Below are positions 25,077-38,903 of a stretch of 64,000 bases of DNA, piece after piece. Each line of letters opens with the position of its first letter. The first letter of the stretch is position 1. A program made the translations under genes and the position numbers. The notes under the pieces were generated by a model. That model saw only the letters and a list, made by a program, of their open reading frames with translations, was not told the DNA's origin and did no database searches. The stretch lies in assembly GCF_009914755.1 (NCBI RefSeq), contig NC_060936.1. The stretch is one strand, 5' to 3'. This DNA is from the human T2T-CHM13v2.0 reference genome, Homo sapiens.

Positions 25077-27736
25077 TGATATAGTTTGGATTTTTGTCCC
25101 TTCCAACTCACATGTTGAAATGTGATTCCCAGTGTTAGAGATGGGGCCTGGTGGGAGGGGATTGGATCATGGAGGTAGATCCTTCATGAATGGCTTTAGC
25201 ACCATCCCTTTTGGTGATGAGTGATTTCTTGCTCTGAGCTCACATGAGATCTGGTTTTTTAAAAGAGCATGGCACCTCCCCGCATCTCACTCCCACTCTC
25301 GCCATCTGACATGCCTGCTCTCTTTGCTTTCTGCTGTGATTGTAAGCCTCCCAGGAGCCTCTCTAGGAGCAGATCCAAGCACCACACTTACTGTACAGTC
25401 TGCAGAATTGTGAGCCAATTAAACCTCTTTTCTTTATAAATTACCCAATGTATTAGTCCACAGGCTGTGCAGGAAGCATGGCTGGGGAGGCCTTAGGAAA
25501 CTTTTAGTCATGGTGGAAGAGGAAGCAGGCATGTCTTAAATGGCTGGAGCAGGAAGAAGAGAGAGGAGGGGAGGTGCTACACACTTTTAAACCACCAGAT
25601 CTCATATTAACTCACTATTGCGAGAACAGCACGAAAGGGGAAATCTACCCCCATGATCCAATCTCTTCCTACCAGAGACACCTGAACATTGGGGTGGGGG
25701 TTACAATTTGACATGAGATTTGGGCAGAGACACAGACCTAAACCATATCACTCAGCCTCAGATATTCCTTTGTAGCAATGCAAGAATGGACTAACACAGA
25801 AAACTGATACCAGGAGTGGTGTGTTGCTATAAAGATAGCTGAAAATGTGGGAGCAGCTTTGGAACTGGGTAATGGAGAGGTTGGAAGAGTTTGGAGGGCC
25901 CAGAAAAAGACAGGAAGATGAGAGAAAGTTTGAAACTTATGAGAGACTGGTTAAATGGTTGTGAGAAAATGCTGACAGAAATATAGACAATGAAGTCAAG
26001 GCTGAGGAGGTCTCAGATGGAAATGAGGAAGTTATTGAGAACTGGAGTGAAGGTCACCCCTGTTATGTCCTAGTAAAGAACTTGGCTGCATTATGTTCAT
26101 GCCCTAGGGATCTGAGGAAATTTGAATTTAAGGGTGATGAACTAGGGTATCTGGAGGAAGAAATTTCTAAGCAGCAAAGCATTCATGATGTGGCCCGGCT
26201 ACTTCTAACAGCCTACAGTCACATGCTGGAGCAAAGGAATTACTTAATGTGAGAACTTATATTTAAATGGGAAGCAGAGTATAAAAGTTGGGAAAATTTG
26301 CAGCCTTTCCCTGTGGTAGAGAAGGAATTCAAGCAGGCTGTGGAGCAACTGCTTGCTAGAGAGATTAGCTTGTCTAAAAGGGAGCCAAGTGCTCATATAT
26401 AAGACTGTGGGGAAAAGACTTGAAGGCATTTCAGAGGTCTTCGAAGCAGCCCCTGCCATCAAAGGCCCAGAGGCCTAGGAGGAAAGAATGGTTTTAGGGG
26501 ACAGGCCCAGAGCCCTACTGCCTTGCACAGCCTCAGTATGCTGCCACCAGAATCCTAGAAGCCTCAGCTGAAAGGACAACTGATACAGCTCAGGCTGCTG
26601 CTGTGGAGGGTACAAGTTGTAAGCCTTGCTGGTTTCTATGTGATGTTAAGCCTTGAGGTTCATGGAATGCAAGAGTGAAGGGGGTCTGGCAGCTTCCATG
26701 TAGATTTCAGAGGATGTGTCAGAAAGACTGGGTACCCAGGCAGGGATTCTCTACTAAGGCAGTGCTGAAGGGAAATGTAGGGTGGAGCCCACACAGAGTC
26801 TCCACTGCAGCGCTGTCTTAGTGGAATTGTGGGAATGGGGCTGCCACTCTCCAGACCCCAGAATGGTAGAGCCACCAGCAGTTTGCAACTACCACATGGA
26901 AAAGCCACAGGGCAGAGCTTTCCAAGGACTTAGGAGCCCACCTCTTTCACCAGTGTGCCCTGGATGCAGGACATGGAGTCAAAGGAGATTATTTTGGAGC
27001 TTTAAGACTTAATGACTGCCCTGCTGAGTTTGGGGCTTGTATGAGGCCTATAGCGCACCCCTCCCCCTTTTTTGGCTGATTTCTCCCTTTGGGAATGGTA
27101 ATGTTTACCCAGCACCTTTGCCACAATTGTATCTTGGAAGTATAACTTGTTTTTGATCTCAGGCTGACAGGTGGAAGGAACTCATCTCCAGATAAGACTT
27201 TGGACTTTAGACTTTGGCATTTTTGAGCTAAGGCTGGAACAAGTTAAGACTTTGCAGAACTGTTGACAGGGTATTACTGTGTTTTGCAATGTGAAAAGGA
27301 CATGAGATTTGAGAGACCAGACGCAGAATGATATAGTTTGGATGTTTGTCCCCTCCCAATCTCATGTTAAAATGTAATCCCCAATGATGGAGGCAGGGCC
27401 TGGTGGAAGGTGTTTGGATCATGGTAGTAGATCCCTCATGAATGTCTTAGCACCATCCCCTTGGTGATGAATGAGTTCTCACAAGATCTGGTTGTTTAAA
27501 AAGAATGTGGCACCTTCCCTCTCTCTCTCTTGCTCCTGCTCTTGCCATGTGACATGTGTGCTCCCTCTTTGCCTTCTGCCATGATCGTAGGCTTCCCAAG
27601 GCCCTTACCAGGAGCCAATCCTGATACAACACTTCTTGTACAGCCTGAAGAACTGTGAGCTAATTAAACTTCTTTTCTTTATAAATTACCCAGCCTCAGG
27701 TATTCCTTTATAGCAATGCAATAATGGACTAACACA
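25077..27736 (+). mobile_element. MSTB-like MaLR provirus: 5'LTR 25077-25798 (interrupted), internal 25799-27328, 3'LTR 27329-27736
   Basis: LTR termini tgatatagtttgga...ctaacaca; TSD GCATA (25072-25076, 27737-27741). Confidence 0.9.
25449..25750 (-). mobile_element. MSTA-like solo LTR nested antisense in the MSTB 5' LTR, internally deleted
   Basis: tgtattagtcc...aaaccatatca; flanks cccaa/ctcag, each one mismatch from the cccag at the same position in the 3'LTR. Confidence 0.85.
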
Positions 27737-28553
27737 GCATATGTTCAGAAACACCTTAACTACCAGATACATTCTTATTTCCCCCCACACCTAATCTCTA
27801 GACAATAAAGGCTTGGCTTGATATTTAAGGACTTCCAGTTTCAGCTTTAACATATAAAGAGCTTGGAAGTTGTCACTCCTGTCCTTAGAGCAAGAAAAAG
27901 CAGAATTAACTGAAAATGAGTGACTTTTCTCAGACCCATCAAAGACCTGAGGTCGCAAGGTAAACTGTCAGCTTGAAATCCAGAGAGACAGATAAATCCT
28001 GAGCGTCTCAGCTGAAATTTGCTTACCTGGAGCAGAAGCTACTAGAACCAAAACCTAGTAGGAACACTTAAATGGTAATTTTGACAAATTACTGGAGGCT
28101 GAGTGTGGCCCCCACTCTTTTTTGGGTTTTACCTCCAAGAACCCCACCAGGTTCTCACAGTGAAGAGCCAAAGAAGGTCCCTTCTTGGCTCTGGCAGGAG
28201 AAGGAGAAGATAATCATTGTGCAATATGCCCAGCATATTCCCTATAGTAAAGCCTACTCTAGGACAAAATACTAAGTCTTTTCCCGCTTGAGAGAAGGGC
28301 ATTTCCTCTCTAGTCTTTCTGTCTCATCAAAATGGGCGGAGAAAAGCTAAGAAACATTTGTGACAGTTACAGCCCAGGGACACAGGACCACTGAAAGACT
28401 GAGATTTAATACTAAGGCTATAGAATACTCCTCCCTCATCTGTTACCACCACAGCAACATGGTTTCAGTATAAGATTACAGCTGACAGAGCTAAAATACA
28501 TAGGCTCTCTGAAGAGGAATTTTAGGGAAGCCCAGAATAAAGAGGGGAGATAA

Positions 28554-29052
<499 letters not shown>

Positions 29053-31794
29053 TCAAACAGTCTTTATAGAGAAAACAAGTATCAGAATCAGATTCAGATA
29101 TGGCATAGATTTGGGAATTATCTGACAGAGAATTTAAAATAACTATGACTAGTATGTTAATAGCTTTAATGAAAAAACAGACAACATGAAAAAAGATGCA
29201 TAATAGAATCAGAGAGATGGAAACTAAGTAAGAATTGAAAGGAAATGCTAGAAATCAGAAACACTGGGACAAAATGAAGAATGCTTTTGATGGGTACATC
29301 AGTAAGCTGGAAACTGCTGAGGAAAAAAATCAGTGACCTTAAAGATAGGTCAATAGAAACTTCTTAAACTGAAATGTGAAGAGAAAAAACTGGGAAGAAA
29401 AACCCCCACAGAACAGAACATCCAAAAACTTTGGGACAGTTTCAAAAGGCATAACATATGGTGTATAATTGGAATACTAGAAGACGAAAGAAAATAGAGC
29501 AGACAACATATTTGAAGTAATGGCCAGGAACTTTCCAAAATTGATGTGAGACACCAAACCACAGATCCAGGAAGCTCAGAGAACACCAAGTAGGACAAGT
29601 ATTTAAAAACTGTGCACCTAGACATATTATAGTCAAATTGAAGAAAACCAAAGACAAATAGAAAATCTTGCAAAAAGCCAGAGAAAGAAAACACTTTTCA
29701 TTGAGAAGAAAAAATTACTACAATGGACTTCTCATTGGAAAACATGTCAGCGTGGAGTGAAATACTTAGAAGGGTTTAAAGAAAAAAGCAAAAACAAAAA
29801 CCCAACAACATGGAATTCTGTGTTCAATGAAGCTATTTTTCTAAATTGAAGGAGCTCAGACAAACAAAAACTGAAGTAATTAATTGCCAGCAAAGCTTCC
29901 CAAGGCTTCAGAGAGCCTGTGTATTTTAGCTCTGTCAGCTGTAATCCACTCTTATTACGCTGTAATCCACTCTTATTACACTGAAATGTTAAAACAAGTT
30001 TCTCAGGGAGAAGAAAACTTATATAGATCAGAAGCTTTGATCTGCATTTAAAAAGGAAGCGCATTAGAGAAGGAGTAAATGAAAAATAAAAATAAATTTT
30101 TAACTGATTTAAAAGATAACAATTTAAAGTAATAATATAACAATTTATTGAATTGTTATATTACCAGATAGGTAAGCTGAAATGAATGACAGCAGTGTTA
30201 TAAGACACAGGAGAAAAGAATTGGGAATACTTTGTTAAAATGTACCTGCAGTACCTATGTAGTGGTATAGTGTTATTTGAAGGTGGACTTAGTTAAAAAT
30301 GTATATTGAAAACTCTAGGGCAGTCACTAAAATATGTACAAAAGTATGATTGATATGAGAAGAGATAAAATGGAATAATATAAAATGCTCAATTAAGCCA
30401 GGAAAGGCAGAAAAATAGGTGTCAAAATTAACCAAAAAAATGCAACAAATGGAAAAGTAATAAACATGGTATATATTAATTTGACTACATCAGTAATTAG
30501 TTTAAATGTTAGTAGTCTAAATATGCCAATTAGAAGATAGAGATGATAAAAAATCAAGATCCTACTATATGTTGTCTGTAAGAAAGCCACTTTAAATGTG
30601 AAGACTCAGAAGGTTAAAAATAAACAAATAGGAAAGATGCACCATGCTAACACTCATCAAAGTAAAGTGGGAGTAGCTATATGAATTTCACACAAAGCGG
30701 ACTTCAGAAAAAGGAACACTATCAGCGATAAAAAAGGATATTTTATAATGATGAGGGGGTCATTTCTCAAGGAAGACATAACAATCCTATGTATGTATGC
30801 ACCTAGCCACAGAGCATCAAAATATGAGGCAAAAATTTTATAGAACTGAAAAAAAGAAATAAACAAATCTACTATTGTAGCTGGAAACTTCAAAGCTCCT
30901 CTTTTAGTCACTGATGGCTGAAGCAGGCAGAATAACAGCAAGGATATAGTTGACCTGAACAGCACTGTCATTCAATATGATCAAATTAACATTTATAGAA
31001 AACTTCATCCAACAACAGCAGAATACATATTCAATGTTCACATGGAACATTAACCAAGATAGACCACATTCTGGTCCATAAAACACACCTTGACAGATTT
31101 AAAAGACTGAAAATCACACAAAATATGTTCTCAGACCACAATGGAACTAAGCTAGAATTCAATAGCAGAAAGTTAGCTGAAAGATCCCCAAATGTTTGGA
31201 AATTAAACAACACACTCCTAAATAACATATGGGTCAAATAAGTCTCAAGAGAAATTTTAAAATACTTTGAACTAAATGAAAATAAAAATACACCACCAAA
31301 ATTTGTAGGATGTTCCAAAAGCAGTGCTTAGAAAGAAATGTATGGCATTAGATGCATATATTAGAAAAGAATAAAGTCAATATGCAAGCTTTCATCTTAG
31401 GAAAGTAGAAAAAGAAGAGCAATTTAAGCCTAAAGCAAACAGGAGGAATAGAAATGAGAACAGAAATGATGAAATTGAAAACAAAAACAACAGAGAAATT
31501 TTTTTTTTTAAATATCCTAAAAGCTACTTTTTTTTTTCTCCCCCCGTAAGATTGGTAAACAGCTAGCTAGGCTAATCAAGAATAAAAGAGAAAAGACATA
31601 AATTACCCATATCGGAAATGAAAGAAGGGTCATCTCCTCTTCCCATGGATATTAAAAGGATAATAAAGGAATGTGTGAACAGCTCTATTTTCACAAATTT
31701 GATAACTTAGGTGAAATGGATCAGTCCTCAAAAGACATAAACAACCAAAACTCACAAGGAGAAATAGTCTGAATAGGTCTATATCTATTAAAGA

Positions 31795-31950
31795 AATTAT
31801 TTAAATTTAATTTAATTTCTTTTATAAAATATTTAATGTGACTTTTACATAAATTGTAAATATATTTACACATTTATGTAAATATATAAAATATTTTAAT
31901 TATATAAAATTATTTATTTAAAAATTTAACAAATTACTAAAAACTATTTA
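31795..31950. repeat. AT-rich low-complexity tract inside the L1
   Basis: Almost purely A/T; read directly. Confidence 0.8.
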
Positions 31951-32607
31951 TAACCTTCCAAAAGAAAGCACCAGCTCTAGATGGCTTCATTGGTGAATTC
32001 TGCCAAACATTTAAGGAAGATATAATACCAGTCTTCTACAATCTCTTCCGGAAAATAGAAGAGAGAACACTCATTCTGTGAGACAATTACTCCAAAACCA
32101 TTACTCCAAAACCAGATAAAGACACTGCCAGAAAGAAAACCTATAGATGAACATCTTTAATGAACATACATATAAAAATCCTTAACAAAATATTAGCAAA
32201 ATGAGTCCAACAATGTATAAAACTAATTATATGCCACAACCAAGTGTGATTTATTCCAAGTATGCAAGTCTGGTTCAACATAATGTAATCCATATCAGTA
32301 AGCCAAAGAAGAAAAATCATATGATTATATCAATTGATACTGACAAGGCATCTGACAAATTCCAACACCCATTTATAAGAAAGCCTCGGCAAACTAGAAA
32401 TAGAGGGAAATATCTTCAACTTAATAAAGAACATCTGCAAACAAACCTCAGCCAACATACTTAATATTGAGAAATTGCGTGCTTTCCTCCTAAGATCCTC
32501 TTAAGGATAAGGCAAGGATATTCTCTCTTACCACTGCTATTCAACATTGTACTGGAAGTCCTAGCTAGACAAGGAAAGGAAATAAAATGTGTACAGGTCA
32601 AGAAGTT

Positions 32608-33048
32608 TGGTAGGCTAAAGATGACTCCTGAAGATAGGTTCACATCCTAATCCCTGGAACCTGTGAATGTTACCCTCTTTGGGAAAAAGAGCTGTTGCAG
32701 GTGTGATTGATTTAAAGGTCTTGCAGTGAGGTGATCATTCTGGATTATCCAGATGGGCTGTAGAAGGCATCATGACAAGTGTGTAAGAAAGACTCAGAGG
32801 GAGATTAGACTCATAAACAAAAGACTGTATGAAGACAAAAGCAGGAATTGGAGTGATGCAGCTGAGAAATGCTGAAAGCCATTAGAAGAGGCAAGGAACA
32901 GATTATCCCTAGAGTCTCCACAGAGAGTATGGCTCTGCTGACACTTTTATTTTGGATTTCTGGCCTCCAGAATGGTGAGAGAATACACTTCTGTTGTTTT
33001 GAGCCACCAAGTTTGTGATCCCTTGTTACAACAACAATAAGAAACAGG
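32608..33048 (+). mobile_element. MLT1D-like solo LTR inside the L1
   Basis: cacatcctaatccctggaacctgtgaatgttacc...ttctggcctccagaatggtgagagaatacacttctgttgtttt. Confidence 0.8.
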
Positions 33049-34428
33049 TATGAGAAGAAAGATATAAAACTGTCTTTGTTTACAAACATGATCGTAGAAA
33101 ATCCCCCCAAATCAACAAACTCCTGAAATTGCTAAATGAGTTTACCAAGGTTGCACGATGCATGGTTAATATACAAAATTCAGTTGCTTTCCTGTCTAGC
33201 AGCAGTGTACAATTGGAATTTGAAATTTAGAAAACTATTTGCAAAAGCATCCAGTATCCATGGATTCCATATATTTACAGATATGTGTATATAAATGCAT
33301 TAATATACACAGATATATTTCCCTGCTCAGTCAGCTAGGAGAGCTAAAAGCAAGAACACTAGAGCAGCAGTGAGCATACCTAGCACCCATATAGTGGTTT
33401 CCAATACCATTCTCCAGTAAAAGGAGCCAGGGCTCATTGGAGAAATGGCTTATACCAGGACTGGTGCAGAAAACACACAAGATAAGCCCTGAGCATCTTC
33501 TAGTCTCAGAAAGTAAGTGCTTAAAAAACAGAAAAATCCACATGATGCAAAGGCATACAGGAAGCAACTGAAAGAGCTCCCAGTGGCCAAAGCTGGAACC
33601 GTGTGAACAATAAAATAAATAAGGTAGTGAGGAATTATAAACCCAAGTGTAAAATAAATATCTTCAAGTGTATACTGATATTAAGTAAATTATTTTAAAT
33701 TTTAAAATGGAGAGGACACAAACCTTCCCATATAAAATTCCAAGTAATTATGTAGCCAAGCCCCCGCTCGAGGAGGTGGATTATAACTTCCCACTCCTTA
33801 AATGTGGGATACCCATAATGACTTCTTTTCAAAGAGTACAGTATGAAAAATGGGGGAAAAAGATTAGCTTTACAGTGGAGAAACCGAGCCAACACTAACT
33901 ACCTCAGCCAAGTGCTCATGGTCAACATCAACAGTGGTAAATCATGGTGCTAGTATGTGCCCTTGACATAATGTGATTAACATAGCAGTTTCCCTCTATG
34001 GTCTTACCAAACCTATAACCTCAGTCCAGTGATGAGAAAAACATTTAACAAATCCCAATTGAGGGAGGGAGAGTATTTTGAGAATACTGACCAGTACTTT
34101 CAAAACTGTCAAGATCATCAAAATAAAATAAGAAGAATCTAAGAAACTATCACAGCCAAGAGCAATCTATGGAGGCCTGACAAATGTAGTATGCTAGATG
34201 GGATTGGTTATTGAGTCATACTAAAAAAAATCTATAAAGTGTGGACTTTGGTTAATAGTATATCAGCATTGGTTCCTTAATTGTTACAAATGTACCATAA
34301 TTATATAAGATAGTAATAATAGGGAAAACTGGGTGTGGGGTATATGGAAACTCTGTATTATCGCTGTAATTTTTCTGTATATTGAATTTTGTTCTAAAAC
34401 TAAAAGATTATTTAAAAATAAACAAACT

Positions 34429-34723
34429 GGCCGGGCGCGGTGGCTCACGCCTGTAATCCCAGCACTTTGGGAGGCTGAGGTGGGCGGATCACGAGGTCGG
34501 GAGATAGAGACCACGGTGAAACCCGGTCTCTACTAAAAAATACAAAAAGTTAGCCAGGCGTAGTGGCGGGCGCCTGTAGTCCCAGCTACTCGGGAGGCTG
34601 AGGCAGGAGAATGGCGTGAACCCGGGAGGCGGAGCTTGCTTGCAGTGAGCCGAGATCGCGCCACTGCACTCCAGCCTGGGTGACAGAGCGAGACTCCGTC
34701 TCAAAATAAATAAATAAATAAAT
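34429..34723 (+). mobile_element. AluY carrying the 12-bp left-arm deletion (AluYd/'Yc3'-type), (TAAA)n tail
   Basis: gagaccacggtgaaa (lacks tcctggctaaca); extra 4-bp duplication gcttgcttgc; TSD aaataaacaaact 34416-34428 / 34724-34736. Confidence 0.85.
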
Positions 34724-35116
34724 AAATAAACAAACTATTTTGTTCTGAGCCACCAGCCCAGTTTTGTTACTGGGACTGGAATGAAACACAAGATTATTTT
34801 CCCTTCTTCATTAGTCAGTTAAAGGTGGAAAATACTGTAGTTTTTTTTTTCTTGGTAGCTGTGTCCATCCATCTAGAAATTATTTATTGAGCTTCTCCTG
34901 TGTGTCGTGCTCTGAGGATACAGAAGAGTATAAGAAAGATGCAGCACCTGCCCCTAAACGTCCAGAAAGGGGCATAGACATGCAAATAATGTGTGGGCCA
35001 CTGTAGCTACTGCTGGGCTACTGTTGCTGCCATAGTAGATCTTCTGCTTTGCTCTCCCAAATATATTAGAAAGAGAGTGTCCACCCCGCCCTTCTGAAGG
35101 AGTTTGGTTCTTTTGA

Positions 35117-35506
<390 letters not shown>

Positions 35507-35809
35507 AGTAGCCTTGGTCTTCTGTCTTAATCTTCTCTTCCAAGATGCTTAAGATAATTTAGGTGATATCCATTATTATACCCAAAAGCCTTCTAGTGAA
35601 TCAAAAGATGCCACATATTAGAAAAACACATCTTGATATCATTATGGATTCTTTGGGGGATGTTTCCCTCACCTTCTTACATCTATGTGGAGGCTTTAAT
35701 CTCTTCTTTTTGATTGTCTCATTTTTGATGTTGTAGGCATCAGGCACCTGTTCTATAGTCTGTTCATCTATGCATTTATTAATGAACTTAGTATATGCCT
35801 AGCTCAAGG

Positions 35810-36145
35810 CCTTTACACTTTGTTTTCCTGCTTGTAATGCTATATCTGCACATTTCCTTCATTCAATCTCTATTTGGATTTGATTAATTAGAGATGCTCT
35901 TATGATAACTCTTTAAATATAGCTGCCCCTCACCAACTCCATCACTCTCTATCTCATTACATTGTATTATATTTCTCCATAGAACTTATCTCCACTTGAC
36001 ATTTGTTTCTTTATTGTCTTTCTCTTCTAGAACACCTGCTCACAAAGGCAGGAACTTTTTGTTCATTGGTTGCTCTATTCCCAGCAGCTTTAGAGCAGAG
36101 TCTGGCACATGGTAGTACTCAGTAAATATTTGTTGAACAAATGCA
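35810..36145 (+). mobile_element. L2 3' end
   Basis: ...agagcagagtctggcacatggtagtactcagtaaatatttgttgaacaaatg. Confidence 0.7.
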
Positions 36146-36949
36146 TGCATGGTAGTCATGTCTCCACTTTCTCCCAGGCAGCCTTACAGACCCAAAGAAA
36201 TGAAGGCTTCCAGTGACCTGCTCTGATGCATCAGTGTCCATGGAATTTGTACAGATTGCAGTCCTACTTAAGTCCTTGCTTCATTTCTCTTTGTATAATA
36301 ATTGACAGTTTTCAAAGTGCTTGCTATGCGATTGTCCCTTTTGATGCTTTGTGTAATACTATGAAGCAAGTGGGAATTTCTTAGACCTGTCGTACAAATG
36401 AGGAATGTAAGGGGATGGAATTTCAAAGGTAACTATCAGAGCCAGAGCTAGAAACCAGATCTCCTGACTTCTAGCTCATTTGGTGATTATGCGGGGTTTA
36501 CGTTTCATCTCCACCCGTGTCTACATTGTATGGTTTTGAGGGCAAGGTCTTGAATTTTTTGTATTTATATTTTTCCATATGCCTTATACACAGTGTGCTT
36601 AATAAAGGTGTGTTGCTTTGGGCCTTTAGGCCACTTCAACTTTTATCTTTGACTTCGTTAATGGACTTTGGGAGGATCTCAGAGACTTGTTTTAGGTATG
36701 GTGCCACAGATTCCATAGGTTAGGGCCATGAATTTGCACACAAATCACCTAGGAACTTTGGTTATGTTAGATTCTGATTTAGTTGGTCTGGTGTAGTGCC
36801 TGAGATTATGCATTTTTAACAACCTCTGGTAGTGCCCATGCTGCTGGTACATCTTCCACACTGACTATTTCAGGGCCTTGTAACACGTGAAAGAGGTATT
36901 CTTTGTTTGGCTATCTGACTGTGTGAACCTAGGTAAGTTTATTGGAGAC

Positions 36950-37175
36950 GCTGTGATGTATTGTTTAGGCTAGATTACTTTGGTTAAAATCCTACCTTTC
37001 CATTTACTGTGTGATCTCAGGTAACTTACTTAACTTTTCTGTGCCTCAATTTCCTCTTTAAAAGTAGAGATCGTATTACTATGATCTCTATTTGTAGCTC
37101 ATGCAGGTATTGACTGAATTAATACTTGTAAAGCATCTAGATTCATAATGCATGGCACTCAATGAATCTTAACTA
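36950..37175 (+). mobile_element. MIR
   Basis: ctgtgtgatctcaggtaacttacttaacttttctgtgcctcaatttcct. Confidence 0.65.
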
Positions 37176-37814
37176 CTGTGATCATTTCTTTGTCTCCTTG
37201 TGTTATTTTGTTAAACTACATTAATAGGTTTAAGATACATTTGAAGGAAGGAAGTTGTTTAAGATATTTGCAAGGTATGAAATAGCGTGGTCTCTTTCAT
37301 GGAAATGCTAATCTGGTTGGAAGACAGTTCTTTCATTAATGAACAATGCAATAGAAATCAGCTAATGGTGATTCTTCTTGAGCTGTCACAACTGTATACT
37401 GTGTACTTTTCATTAAGCATGAGCAAATTAGGAGAAAATGAGTAGGCACTCCTGTTTTGTAGTAAAATGTTACGATGTATAATATTAAGCATAGGGCATA
37501 AAATTGTTTTTATTCATCTCAGTTATGTATTAAATGAACCAACTTGATTTTAATTGGCATTGTGGAAATATGGAGGCAAGAGTATCAGAGGTCAGTGAGA
37601 ATATATTTGGTGCCTAATACAGTGATGGTAAGGGGGAAAAAGTATGGACATAATCATTTTAAAGGGAGATTTTGGTTTTAGTTTTTCCAATAATTAATGA
37701 AAAATAACATTGGGTTTCTTCGGGAAAAAATTTACACAACTCATTTCTCCCACTGACTCAAAAGTGTAAAAAAAGAATCTTTAATTAACATGGAGTTTTT
37801 CCTCTTTGTTTTAG

Positions 37815-37927
37815 GATCAGATTTTATTAAGACCTCTACTGGAAAAGAAACAGTAAATGCCACCTTCCCGGTAGCTATAGTAATGCTGCGGGCCATTAGA
37901 GATTTCTTCTGGAAAACTGGAAACAAG
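37815..37927 (+). CDS. DERA: DERA internal coding exon (third-last; 113 nt, phase 1 to 0): (G)SDFIKTSTGKETVNATFPVAIVMLRAIRDFFWKTGNK
   Basis: Polypyrimidine tract and ttag acceptor (AG 37813-37814), AAG|gtatat donor at 37928. Contains the DeoC/DERA Schiff-base motif DFIKTSTGK. Back-counting from the stop in a 318-aa protein places this Lys at K218. Confidence 0.97.
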
Positions 37928-38853
37928 GTATATTATTGCCAGCAAATCTTTCTTCAGAGTAAAGATAATGTTATTTATAATACTAGTTACAGCCACAATA
38001 ACTGTCTTTATATGGAGAAGTTGTGAATGAATTACCTTTATTAAGATAAATGTTTAATTTACCTTTCATTATAAAAGAACACACTGATGGAGAAAAATTG
38101 TGATGAACAGAAAGTGAGTTGTGAGTGTGGGAGTGAGTATGTGTGATCAAGATGTAAACTCACTTTATGTCCTTTTGTTAACCGAAGACAATTTTGTCAC
38201 TGACAAGAGATTCCTAAATGGGTTCTTTAACGAACTAATTCTGCTGCAACACAGAGGCTTTCTCACAAGGCGTTGGCCAGTGAAAACAGGTTAATGCAGA
38301 AATTAAACTTCCTTGAGGAATGGAAAGAATTGCAGAGTAACATTTATTGAATGATAAGCTGTGGTGGTGATATGAAAGGTATGCAATATAATGGGAAACA
38401 ATCTTTTCCTGTCATTATTGAAGGACACACATAAATTGGTTTTTCTGTTGGGAAACCCCCGGTCCAGAAAAACTTATTACTTTTAATAATATGAGGTGAA
38501 GAGAAAATTCTCGAGGAGATGAACTTATTAAACAAAATAATGAAATGCTGTGAAACAGCAGGGAAAAGGTAGCTAGACGTTATATAGCTCTTGAATTAAA
38601 TATCAATTTTTGCGTTTTATGGAAGTTGGATGTGCTCTTTGGAAGACTGTTAAGCTGAGGAGGGTGTATACTAGTTTTTGTCAGCTTTTCGAAAAATGAT
38701 ACATATTTTTTGAAACATATGAAGTTAAAAGGAAAAATGCGTATGAGTTGCTTTTTTAAAAATGAGTTTGGATTTTCCTTTTCATCTCAAGTTACTTGTT
38801 TAGCTGCAAATTATCTCAAAGGATTTTTTTTTTTACATGATTGGAGAGCAAGG

Positions 38854-38854
<1 letters not shown>

Positions 38855-38900
<46 letters not shown>
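38855..38900 (+). repeat. Perfect (TG)23 microsatellite in the intron after exon 37815-37927
   Basis: Counted directly. Confidence 0.97.

Positions 38901-38903
<3 letters not shown>

Noticed and set aside
37790-38026. 78-aa ORF as a standalone gene
   Set aside because: It is the DERA exon 37815-37927 read through its intron flanks.
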